Of a DNA stretch of 64,000 nucleotides, positions 52,662 to 64,000 are shown piece by piece. How positions within the stretch are numbered: position 1 is the stretch's first letter; the number at the start of each line of letters is the position of its first letter. The notes under the pieces were generated by a model. It was not told the DNA's origin. It did not search any database and saw nothing but the letters and a program-made list of their open reading frames with translations. Source of the DNA: Eledone cirrhosa (taxonomy: Eukaryota); contig OZ024742.1 of NCBI GenBank assembly GCA_964016885.1, forward strand, positions 180,420,001 to 180,484,000, given 5' to 3'. The translations under genes were made by a program, and so were the position numbers.

Positions 52662-52905
52662 CATCATCATCATTATCGTTATCATCATCAACATCACCAT
52701 CCTCCTCATCAACATAATTATCTTCATCATCAACATCATTATCAGCATCACCATCATTCTCATCATTCTCATCATCATCATGTTCAACATCAACATCATT
52801 ATCATCACTATCAACATCAACATCAACTATCAACATCAACAACACTATCATCATCAACATCGTTATCCTTATCATCAACATCAACATCATTATCGTCATC
52901 ATCAT
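52662..52905. repeat. Degenerate (CAT/CAA)n microsatellite
   Basis: Direct reading. Confidence 0.9.
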
Positions 52906-53249
52906 TATTGGCATCTCTCAGTATCAAGAATTTGATACTATTGATATGTATCTGTGTGTTCTAAGTATCCATGCATATCTGGTTTAAAATAAGCACACTG
53001 TTTTCCTGGCAATGGTTGGATAACAGTGAGAGGGAGAGTGGTGCCCATGACACATTCCAGGGTATCTGACATGCATGGGAGGAAGGGGGCTGTACACACA
53101 ACCCTTTTCAATGTCTCTGACACTGGTAGAAGAACAAAAACAAGGTGACTACAACAGGATTTGAACTGAGGATGTAAAAAGTCAGAACAAACGCTACAAG
53201 GCATTTAGTCAGGCATTAACATTTTTGTCAACCTATTACCCTTTTTATC

Positions 53250-53410
53250 AAAACCGGAAAGACAGCTTCCTTGACATTTGGAAACACTTTTTTATCATCA
53301 GAGTTGCTGAAGCATGGAACAAACTACCTGCATCAGTTGTTAGCTGTCGGGAAACTGCATCCTTCAAAACTTCCATGCTTCCCGAAATTCGCCAACGCTA
53401 CACTTGATAC
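53250..53410 (+). mobile_element. CR1/L2-type LINE 3' end
   Basis: KHFFIIRVAEAWNKLPASVV..SFK. Confidence 0.75.
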
Positions 53411-53517
53411 CCCCCCCCCCCCACACACACACATGCACAGATGTATCTGTGTGTATACCATGACTCATACACTGTTCACTTTCCTGACATCTGTACATTA
53501 TTCTATATATCATACGG

Positions 53518-53702
53518 TGGATTGGCAGTATCGGTAGAGGGTCGGATGCCATGCTTTCCAGCATAGTTACGTCCCTTTACGATCTGAGTTCAAATCCCGC
53601 CGAGGTTGACTTTGCCTTTCATCCTTACGGGGTCGATAAAATAAAGTACCAGTAATGCACTGGGTAATTGCTGGCCTTGTGCCTAAAGTAGAAACAATTA
53701 TT
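53518..53702 (+). mobile_element. tRNA-derived SINE with Meta-like domain
   Basis: Near-identical to the reverse complement of 48333-48510. Confidence 0.85.
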
Positions 53703-55049
53703 CTATATATCATACATGCACCTTTGATGAGTTGTAGTGCACACAATTTTCATTATTATTATTTAAAGTTGACCTTAACACAAATAGTCAAAAGAAATAC
53801 CTGTTTTATCCTGACAATATGCTGAACTAAGACACAAACTAGCTCTGTTGTCTCCACCATAAACACTCTTTACTGAATGATATGAATTTAAAGTTACCTA
53901 TTACTGTGACCAGTTTTTCTCCTTTAACTATTGTTTCAAGTTCTATCATTACATTCTAGTTTTAATTTAAGTGAGTACTTATTATTATTATACTAGCATG
54001 GAAAATGGATGTTAAACGATGATTATTATCATTATTATTATTTCTATTGTAGCTATTTTTGTTGTTATGGTATAATAATTTACATTTCCTTAGACAATGA
54101 CGAATTATAATTTAATTTAATATAATTTCTTTTACAATAGATTTGACAAAAATGTTCAAAGTTTTTGCTATAGAAATAATAGAATTATATGATGGTAATG
54201 ATAAGAAGGAAGAATATGTAAATGAGATATAGCAGATTGATAATTAATACTATTATTATGATGAGGATGCTCATGACAGAGTAGTCACTGTTAATTAATT
54301 TAATTAAATCATTTTTAAGCAGACAACTTTCTTCTTTCATTTATAGTTTATTATTAAATAATTTAATTGTGCATTTTTCTCTCTATGTAATATTATTATC
54401 TTTGTTTGAAAGAATTGTACGATACAGAGTAAGAGAGAAAATACCTATGTAAAGACAATTGGATATGGAGTGATTAATGTCCAAATTAATAGCCATGTGC
54501 AGAGGTTGGTGGATTGGCAGAATTGGTAGAGTGATGGATGAAATGTCATTGCTGTATCTTTTCTGACACCTTTACATTCTTAGTTCAAATAGTTCAAATA
54601 TGACCAAGGTCAACTTTCCCTTTCTTCAAATATGTTTGTCTTGTACCTAAATTAGAAATCAATGCCATTACCAAACTTGCTCCCTTTAAGATAGCATGTT
54701 CTTGCAGGTATACATACATATGTGCATATCATCAACATCTTTTTCCTACTAGAAGATGTATGTATATTTACATATATAAATACAGAAACATATGTTATAG
54801 CAAATAAATTCCTAATCTCCTTTCATGCCAATATTTATATTTTCCTTGGTGCAATGCTTGCTTATACACACACACATATCATCATCATCATCATTTTATG
54901 TCCGCTATTTCCTGCTTGCAAGGGTGGGACAGGAATTGATTCTGGCTTGATTTCTACAGCTGGATGCCCTTCCTAAAACCAACCTCATTTACAGTGAGTG
55001 CTGGGTGCTTTTTTTCCATGGCACCTCCATGACCAGTTTGCAGTGGGGT

Positions 55050-55192
55050 CCCTATCATCTCATTTCTACGGCTGAGTAAACTGGAGCAATGTGAAATAAA
55101 GTGTCTTGCTCAAGGAAACAACACATCACCCGGTCTCAGAATTGAACTCACAACCTTTCAATTGCAAGCCCAATGTTCTAACCACTATGCCA
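55050..55192 (-). mobile_element. tRNA-derived SINE of a second family (degenerate copy ~47200-47350)
   Basis: tRNA-like head TGGCATAGTGGTTAGA..GAGTTCAATTC, then CCTTGAGCAAGACACTT. Confidence 0.7.
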
Positions 55193-55289
55193 TATATATC
55201 TTCCTTAATCACATCCAGCCATCTGATATATATACATATATATGTATATATATATATGTATATACATATATATATATATATGTATATGC

Positions 55290-55336
<47 letters not shown>

Positions 55337-55359
55337 TATATACATATACATATATATGG

Positions 55360-55404
<45 letters not shown>

Positions 55405-55407
55405 TAT

Positions 55408-58193
55408 AGTTAGAGAAGCAAATAATTGATTATTGTGATCCAGTTCTTGGTTAAGAAAGCCAGTTTCATGGATGGTTTCAACGTACGGTTAGGGTAACTC
55501 CACTAGTTTGTAAGAATTCCGTTCAATCTTGGAGTATAAAGTATAAAAGAGAAAACACAGGTAAGCATTAAGAGAAGGATTTTATCCACGTATTTACCTA
55601 AACATACGGTGCTACTATGGAAAAGCATTACATAGTTATGTCCCTAAAGAACATTTCTGTACCTCGGAGAAAGGATTATACCTTCGGGATGATACAGCGA
55701 ACAAACGACTTTATACGCAGAGTTAGATGGAAAACTTTCCATTTCGACAAAGGACGTAATGGTCGCACCGTGGAATACAACAAGGAAACATACGGCTTCA
55801 AATCGTGTAAGAACCCACCTACCAACCCTCAACTGGATGCCTTTGAACAGGACTTACTGAAGATGATTATGAATATCAAATTCAAAAAGCGGAGGAATAA
55901 TAAACTCCAGAATGACATAAATACATTCATATAAAGCTGCGAACCACCAATAGAATTATTGTCAAAGCGGACAAAACATCAAATGTGTATACGATGGATG
56001 TTAATAGATACAATAGCTTCATACGGAAGGAATTACATAGGAAATACAAAAAAAACTAATGAGGCGGCACTGATAAACATCAACAACGAGGCACACAATA
56101 TAGTCAAACACCTAGGAATAGATGACAGAATAGAGCCACTTAGGCCATGTACCCCCACATTTAACCTCAAGGACCACAAGGTAAATTTTGATTATAACCC
56201 CACAATTAGACTTATATGCGCGTCCAAATCGGACATCGGGAAAATTAGTAAACTTATATTAGACAGAGTGATAGCACAAATGAAGAATAAACTAGTGATT
56301 AAACTATGGGGTAACGCTACCGAAACAATTAAGTGATTTAACAATATAGCTAACAAAGAAGTATCTAAATTTATACAATTTGACATTAATGATTATTACT
56401 CATCTATATCACCCAACACCTTGGATAAAGCCTTAGCATTCGCCAAAGCCAATTCTGACATAGCAGACGACGAGATAAAAATCATATTAGCTGCTAGGAA
56501 AACAATAATTAAATTTGAAAACGCCTATTGGGAACGTAAGGATAGATTAAATAATATTGACATCACGATGGGGGCTAACGACTCGGCTCAAGTCACAGAT
56601 TTAATAGGTATTTACATAGCCCATAGTTTACAAAGTGAGTTTAGCGACCTTCACGGTGGAATCTACAGAGACGACGCCCTTCTAGTTAAGAACCTAAATA
56701 ACCAGAGCATAGAAAGACTCCGTAAGAATATTAGAAAGACTCTCGGGAAACTAGACCTTAGCATAACGTATGAGTAGAGCACTAAAACAGTTAACTTTCT
56801 AGATGCGACGCTTAACCTAAATACGGGACGTATAAGACCTTTTCACAAGATTATTGAAAACTTAGCATACATCAACTGTAACTCAAACCACCCACTATCC
56901 ATAATTAAATCCATTCCACGCAGCATATCCCTTAGGATCTCCCGCCTCTCGTCTAACCGACAAATCTATGAAGAACATGAAGAATACTCCAATACCGCAT
57001 TAGACAAGGCAGGCCACTTAGATAGAGTAGAATATATAGATGAAAGCCTCCGTGAAGCGCACACGAACACGCATAACACAAACTCCGGTAACACACGCAC
57101 ACACGCACTTACGCATAGAACTGCAAAGTATACGGCAAATAGAAATACAACATCGAAATCAAACAAGTCACGCAGTAGAAAATATATTTGGTATAACCCC
57201 ATATTTAACACCTCTATTAGTACTAACCTACCCTCTACCTTCTTTAGAATAATAAATAAGCACTTTCCAGATTCACATAGATACATCAAAATCATTAACA
57301 CTAAATCTATTAGACTATCTTACTCCACGGCACCAAATATAGAGACACACATTAAGATGCTTAACGCTAAAAAGATACATAACAACACCAAAACACAAAT
57401 TTACAACAATAACAATACAATCACCACCGAACACAACAGAATATCTAATACACAACCACCCACTAATAGGCAAACAAAACGTAACACACTTGTACAGGCA
57501 TCGCAGCCCACCAATAATGCCAAAGTTGCCCATTACAAGAATTGTAACTGCCACCTACCTGAAACCTGTCCATTACATAATGAATGTATGAAGTCTAACC
57601 TGGTTTACCAATGCACAATGGAATCAGACAACCAGAAATGGTATTACATCGGAGCGACTGGGAATACATTTAAAGCCCGTTGGTATACACACCGTTACGC
57701 AATGAAATATTCCCAGCATCGTTATGTAACTACCCTTGCAAACAAGACCTGGCAACTGAGGGAAAGTAACCATCAGTACACTCTGAAATGGAAAGAATTA
57801 TCGAACGCGCCTCCATATCGGAGTGGTATGAGAAGCTGTCGATTATGCGTCCTTGAGCTGTTCCACATCTTGAGTTCGAAGAATAAGTTACTCAACAATA
57901 AAATCGAAAGATCAATTTATTGTAACCATAGACTCAAAGAGAAGTTTTCGCACTACAAATCGAACCCTTAACCTCTTACTACCAACTGACAAACTGCATA
58001 TACTTAGACTTTATACCCTCTTGTTGTATCTAAACCCTTTTAATTACCCACAAAACCAATACATATATCCCCCTCTTCTCCCTCATTCCTCTTCTATTTC
58101 TTCGTTTTCTTCCTTCCTTCCTTCCTTCCCTTCTTGGCTATCTTTTCTTTTCTTCTTTCTTTTATTTTTGTCATTATTATCTTTATCTTTATG

Positions 58194-58247
<54 letters not shown>

Positions 58248-58716
58248 CTCTTTATATCTCCCCCCTACCTCTCTCTCCCTCTCTATCCATCCCTCCCACT
58301 ATGATCAATTTAATTCTCTTTAACTCACTACATTCCACGACATGAAGTCTGCTATCAAAACTGACCAAGGAATCCTTCCACCTCTACCCCTCCCTCCATC
58401 TCAGTTTGTCACTCTACTTCCTACCTCTTCCCCCTTCCTCTCTCTCCATACTATTCCGTTTGTCCCCTCACCTTCTGATTCCTCTCTCTCTATACTAGTA
58501 AATACAAATTCAAATAAATGTTTTTCTCTATATATTAAGAATTATTTCAAGAGTAACTTACTCACTATTTTGAAAATTTGGACTGTGAACAACAATTATA
58601 TTTGAGTGGCTGCTGTTTGCAGTATAGCAATATACGGTTGCACTTACCAATGAAACGGTCGTAAATACCTGGATAAAATCCTTCTCTTAATGCTTACCTG
58701 TTTTCTCTTTTATACA
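55408..58716 (+). mobile_element. Naiad-like PLE family D, near full length, short inverted 3' segment upstream (55540-55597 mirrors ~58661-58716)
   Basis: Mirror match GTATAAAAGAGAAAAC..CAGGTAAGCATTAAGAGAAGGATTTTATCCA. Confidence 0.88.
55617..57971 (+). pseudogene. Family D RT/GIY-YIG ORF with stops and frameshifts
   Basis: MSLKNISVP, RVRWK, YGFKS, VKADKT, LKDHK, MGANDSAQ, YRDD, CNCHLPETCPL, VYQC..YIGAT; related to 33931-35625. Confidence 0.92.
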
Positions 58717-59300
58717 TATCATCATCATCATCATTCTTCGACTACTGTCGATATGGTGGATTTCACTCTCATGCCCCAGAATTCCACGTCCCCCATATAG
58801 TGTGGTTCTCTGAGGAATAGGAACCCTGGTGCAGTCAGTTGCGAAATCCATCAGCTTTTCAAATAGCTAATAATGTGTGTGGGCGCCACTACTACACACA
58901 TGTGAAATAATTTGACAGCCAAGTCTTGAAGAAGGTGCTTTCTCCTCCGTGTGGTGGGTTACCCGGCGCCAGATACCAACCTGGCATTTATACCCTCGCC
59001 CTAATTGTTCGTGTTGCAAACACTAGAGTAGTCGCTAACCAAAGCTACGGACCCACTCTATCCGTCTGGAGATACGTTGTACTAGCTTACAAGCATACTA
59101 GTAGCAGAAAGTAACGTCAGGGAATGTGACTTTTCCGGCACTGCAGCGCCTTTAGGCGGGCCGTGCTGGTTTTGGATGGCCATTGACTCCAAGAGCTCTA
59201 AGAGCTCCCAGGAGTTCCTTTGCCGTATATATATGGAGGTATATATATATATATATAAATATATATTGGAAAATGTGTGTAGTCCTTGGTATAGTTAGGT

Positions 59301-59580
59301 ATATTAAGACAGGGGGGGGGGGGGGGAGAAAAATGGCTTCACTTGTGCTTTCAACAAATTTATTTTCTTCAAAAAATCCCAAAAGAATTTTTTTTCCGGA
59401 TTATAAACATTTTTTTTTTTTTCATTAGAAAAAATTATTTTATAAAATAATTTTTTTCTAAGGAAAAAAAAAAAAAATTTTTTTCTAATCCGGAAAAAAA
59501 TTCTTTTGGGATTTTGTGAAGAAAATAAATTTGATGAAAGCACAAGTGAAGCCATTTTTTCTTCCCCCCTGTCTTAATAT
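59301..59580. repeat. Fold-back element, ~140-bp arms
   Basis: ATATTAAGACAGGGGG..AAAAATGGCTTCACTTGTGCTTTCA mirrored at 59530-59580. Confidence 0.88.
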
Positions 59581-59706
59581 AAATATATATATATATGTAT
59601 ATATATATATGTATGTATATATATATATATATGTATATATAGATGTATGTATATATAAATATATATGTATATATATATGTATGTATATATATATATATTA
59701 TATATG

Positions 59707-59773
<67 letters not shown>

Positions 59774-59812
59774 GTATATAAATATATGTATATATATGTA
59801 TATATATATAGG

Positions 59813-59851
<39 letters not shown>

Positions 59852-59997
59852 GTATATATATAATATGTATATATATATATATATGTATATATATATAAAT
59901 ATGCATATATATATATGTATATATATATATGTATATATATATGTATATGTATATATATATATATTTATATATATGTATATATATGTATGTATATGTA

Positions 59998-60028
<31 letters not shown>

Positions 60029-60124
60029 ATATGTATAAACGGAAAAAATGAAACGAAATTTCATTTTCCACTCTTAGTACGGCTGTTACTTAAATATATA
60101 TATATATGTATGTATATATATATG

Positions 60125-60211
<87 letters not shown>

Positions 60212-60400
60212 CTATATATATATGTATGTATATTTATATGTATATATATATATATGTATATATATATGTACATATATGTATATATATATATGTATGTATA
60301 TATATGTATATATATATATGTATATATATGTATATGTATGTATATATATATGTATATATATATATGTATATATGTATGTATATATATATATTTTTATACA

Positions 60401-60451
<51 letters not shown>

Positions 60452-60485
60452 GTATATATATATACATATATATGTATATATATAC

Positions 60486-60551
<66 letters not shown>

Positions 60552-60622
60552 GTATATATATATATATGTATATATATATATGTATATATATATATAGATA
60601 TGTATATATATACATATATATG

Positions 60623-60696
<74 letters not shown>

Positions 60697-60726
60697 TATG
60701 TATAAATATATGTATATATATATATA

Positions 60727-60833
<107 letters not shown>

Positions 60834-60844
60834 GTATATATATG

Positions 60845-60875
<31 letters not shown>

Positions 60876-61001
60876 TTATATATATGTGTATATACATATA
60901 TATATATGTGTATATACATATATATATATATATGTGTGTGTATATACATATATATATATATATGTGTGTATATATATATATATGTATATATGTAAATATA
61001 T

Positions 61002-61082
<81 letters not shown>

Positions 61083-61092
61083 TATATATATA

Positions 61093-61389
61093 AAAATGGC
61101 GTAGCCATACGATTCAACAGAAGGAAACAATAGAACCACTGACGATGTTGCAGATGTGCAACGAAAGATTTATGATAAACTATATATATATGTGTTTGTG
61201 TTTATATTGTATCTGTATTATTTTTGACCGTCGGTCAGTCAATGGCAACATTGAGGACCGAGTATATTATATTATATTAGATTACCGATATAAAAGACAC
61301 AGAAGCGAAAAGCGAAAACCAACCAAACAGTGAGTGTGTTCTGTTATTAATTCTGGCAATATTACACAAATATGACACTCCCCAAGTAT

Positions 61390-61395
<6 letters not shown>
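61093..61395 (+). mobile_element. Solo 3' pLTR fragment of family A with HHR
   Basis: Matches 5803-6089. Confidence 0.9.
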
Positions 61396-61425
<30 letters not shown>

Positions 61426-61531
61426 TTATATGTATATATATATATATGTATTTATATGTATATATATATATATATATGTGTGTATTTATATACATATATA
61501 TATATATGTGTGTATATACATATATATATAA

Positions 61532-61580
<49 letters not shown>

Positions 61581-61586
<6 letters not shown>

Positions 61587-64000
61587 ATACTTTGGGAGGG
61601 TCATGTTGCCAATAAGAAACACACGCACCAGTTGCTTTCACTTCAATTTATTATATATTTATAAATTTATAAATTTACAAATCTACAAACCTATAAATTT
61701 CTGGTTGGTTGGTTGGTTCCACAACCAGATAGTTGTTTATATATAGTCATAGTCCTTTCGTCACACACTCTGTGACCTCTTCAGTGACTGGGGATTCCTT
61801 ACTTTGTTTCTGTGTCTTTCCTTTCTTCTGTCCTACGCCATTTTGTTTCTGTGTTTGTGTTGTGTGCTCAGTTTGCGCATACGCCACATCCGGGTGTCTG
61901 TGTGTGTTTGTGTTCATAGTATAGCTAAATCCGAACTTAGAAATATTATAGAACAGTATAGCAAGAAGCATAATAGAATAGAGGCCCAGCAACTGGGAGA
62001 AAAATCTGCAAATGGCTTGCGTAAGCTCATGCAGCGCTCACGTAATGGAGAGATAGCATGCTTTCCAACAGACAAGTCTGGCAGAATGTCGGTTGACAGC
62101 CTGCCAAACTACATCCAGGCAATGCAACCCCACATCACTAACACAAGAGAGGTAACACCACAGGAGCATGAGGATAGAGAAAAAACCCTCAATGCCCATA
62201 TGGTGATGTGGACGAATATAATGCAGCCCAACAAAAGGACTGCCAACAAATTCCAGGCCTGGAACAATGACGTGCCGGCGTTGTATGGGCTTCGAAAAGA
62301 CCATAAAACGGGCTGTGACCCTGTCGCGGGACCACCAACACGGCCAGTCTGTGGAGCTAACATTGCTAGTAACTACAGACTGTCCTACTTCCTCTCCCAG
62401 ATCATACGCCCCATCATTGAGATGTCCCCAGATGTATGTGACAGCACGGAGGACCTCCTCAGCAGAATCGGCGTGAGTAACCGATCTGGGGACCTAACAA
62501 ACTGCATAATAGGCAGTATGGATGTTGTGTCCCTGTATCCATCTATTGACGTGGATTTTGCTGTGGAGAAATGCGTAGAAATGATCAGCGAGAGCAAGGT
62601 TGAGTTCCGTGGCATTGATACCAGTGAGCTGGGACTTCTACTTAAGCTTACCCATAGTAATAGTTACCTAGACACTTATGACCTTAGCAACCTGTGCCCT
62701 ACAAGACCAGCAAGAGGCAGACCACCTACCATTACCTCAATGGCCAAGAAAACCCACACATATAGATGGAACGGGTGGACCAGAGCCATACGGACACCCG
62801 AAAACCACGATGAACTGAAGAAAATGATTGCACATGCGGTAGGGGCCAGCATAAAATTAACCCTTAAGGAACATATGTTCAAATTTAATGGTAAAACATA
62901 TGCCCAAGAGGAAGGAGCAGCCATTGGTGTTAGCATTGCAGGCGGCATAGCTAACTTATTCATGGTATGGTGGGACAGTAGACTTAAACAAAAGCTTAAA
63001 GAACAATTAGAAGACAGCTTAACCCTGATAATGTACTCCCGCTACGTAGATGATATAAACATCGTAGTTAAGACACCCCCACTAAAGAACAGTCAGGAAC
63101 TAGAGAAAAACACAATGGAAAGCATCCAGCAAATAGCAAACTCCATCCACCAGAGCATTAGAGTTACTATAGACTACCCAAGTAGACACCCCAACCATCG
63201 ATTACCTGTACTAGACACAGAGCTCTGGTTAGATACCATTAACAACCACAAACAAATCCTCCATTCCCATTACGCCAAACCCATGACTTCCAAACATCTG
63301 ATCCACCGAAACTCGGCCATTTCTGACCATACCAAAATCAACATACTGATTGCGGATGTGGTACGGGCGATGAGAAATGTGTCCCGCATGTGCAACCCCG
63401 AAGAACTAGAGAGACACATACAACACTTCATCCACCGTATGCAGTTCTCTGGCTACAATCAGAGAGATAGAAACAGAGTTTATAGAGGAGCCAGAACCAA
63501 ATGGGAAAAAATGGTAAATAATGACATAAATGGGACCTGCCCCTTGTATAGGAGCAAATTTTGGAATAGAATAGAAAGAACTAGGAACAAGGCCAATAGA
63601 ATAAACTCATGGTATGATAGCAATAAATACCAGAGTGTAATGTTCATCAATACAACCCCTAGAGGCGAACTAGCCTACAAATTTAGAAGGGCCCTAAATA
63701 AACATAAACTCAATAATAAGATAGTAGAATGACCAGGTACCTCCGTAAAAACACTTATTAGCAAGACATACCCGTTCCAAATACCCTCATGTATAGATAA
63801 GAAATGTATAACCTGTAAAATAAGCCCCCATATTAACTGTAAAACTAGAGATGTAGTGTATAGCATAAGATGTACTGAAGGACAATGTAGAAACAAAAAT
63901 ATAGTGTACATAGGTGAGACAGCTCGTAGTATAGGGGAACGAATAAATGAACACTGGTGAGACCTTCAAGATAATAAAGAATCATCTGTGCTCTACCAAC
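61581..64000 (+). mobile_element. PLE subfamily A': inverted pLTR (61581-~61915) joined to 5'-truncated RT/GIY-YIG ORF (~61916 to window end; TGA stops at 63730 and 63958)
   Basis: PTDKSG, LYGLRKDHK, SMDVVSLYPSI, YSRYVDD, VVYSIRC..YIGETARS; the first ~38 aa of ORF 61804-63732 are antisense pLTR. Confidence 0.93.

Noticed and set aside
52620-52964. His-, Met- or Asp-rich ORFs
   Set aside because: Degenerate (CAT)n repeat.
58540-58668. Possible HHR in family D 3' region (GAAACGGTCGTA half)
   Set aside because: No recognisable CUGANGA half; at best decayed.
63730-63960. In-frame TGA codons as possible selenocysteine recoding (reported for some Naiad PLEs); also 56334
   Set aside because: They align to K, G and W in sister copies rather than Cys; ordinary nonsense mutations.

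Overview
Eukaryotic, gene-free, repeat-dense window. It is probably from an octopus or other cephalopod (inferred from Meta-domain SINEs and very long (TA)n tracts). About 1-43.7 kb and 55-64 kb are nests of Penelope-like retroelements (PLEs; RT + GIY-YIG) from at least four lineages, inserted into (TA)n microsatellites; all are truncated or disrupted. Most YI-repeat ORFs in the track are microsatellite artefacts. The main signal is RNA-level: about 32 type I hammerhead ribozyme (HHR) motifs from about 13 sequence families, read by eye. They lie in PLE pseudo-LTRs/3' UTRs and in non-coding repeat units of 310, ~437, 486 and 659 bp (retrozyme-like). The centrepiece is a near-perfect 310-bp HHR array (3 copies minus, 9 plus) arranged head-to-head at 27061-30899. 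Many HHRs are atypical: U·U at the base of stem II, C or A at core position 4, or 60-90 nt branched stem II insertions. Most insertions are palindromic, with an element 3' end abutting (TA)n on both sides. 43.7-55.4 kb is ordinary intergenic sequence with SINE, LINE, MITE and Helitron debris. No folding or database search was run.
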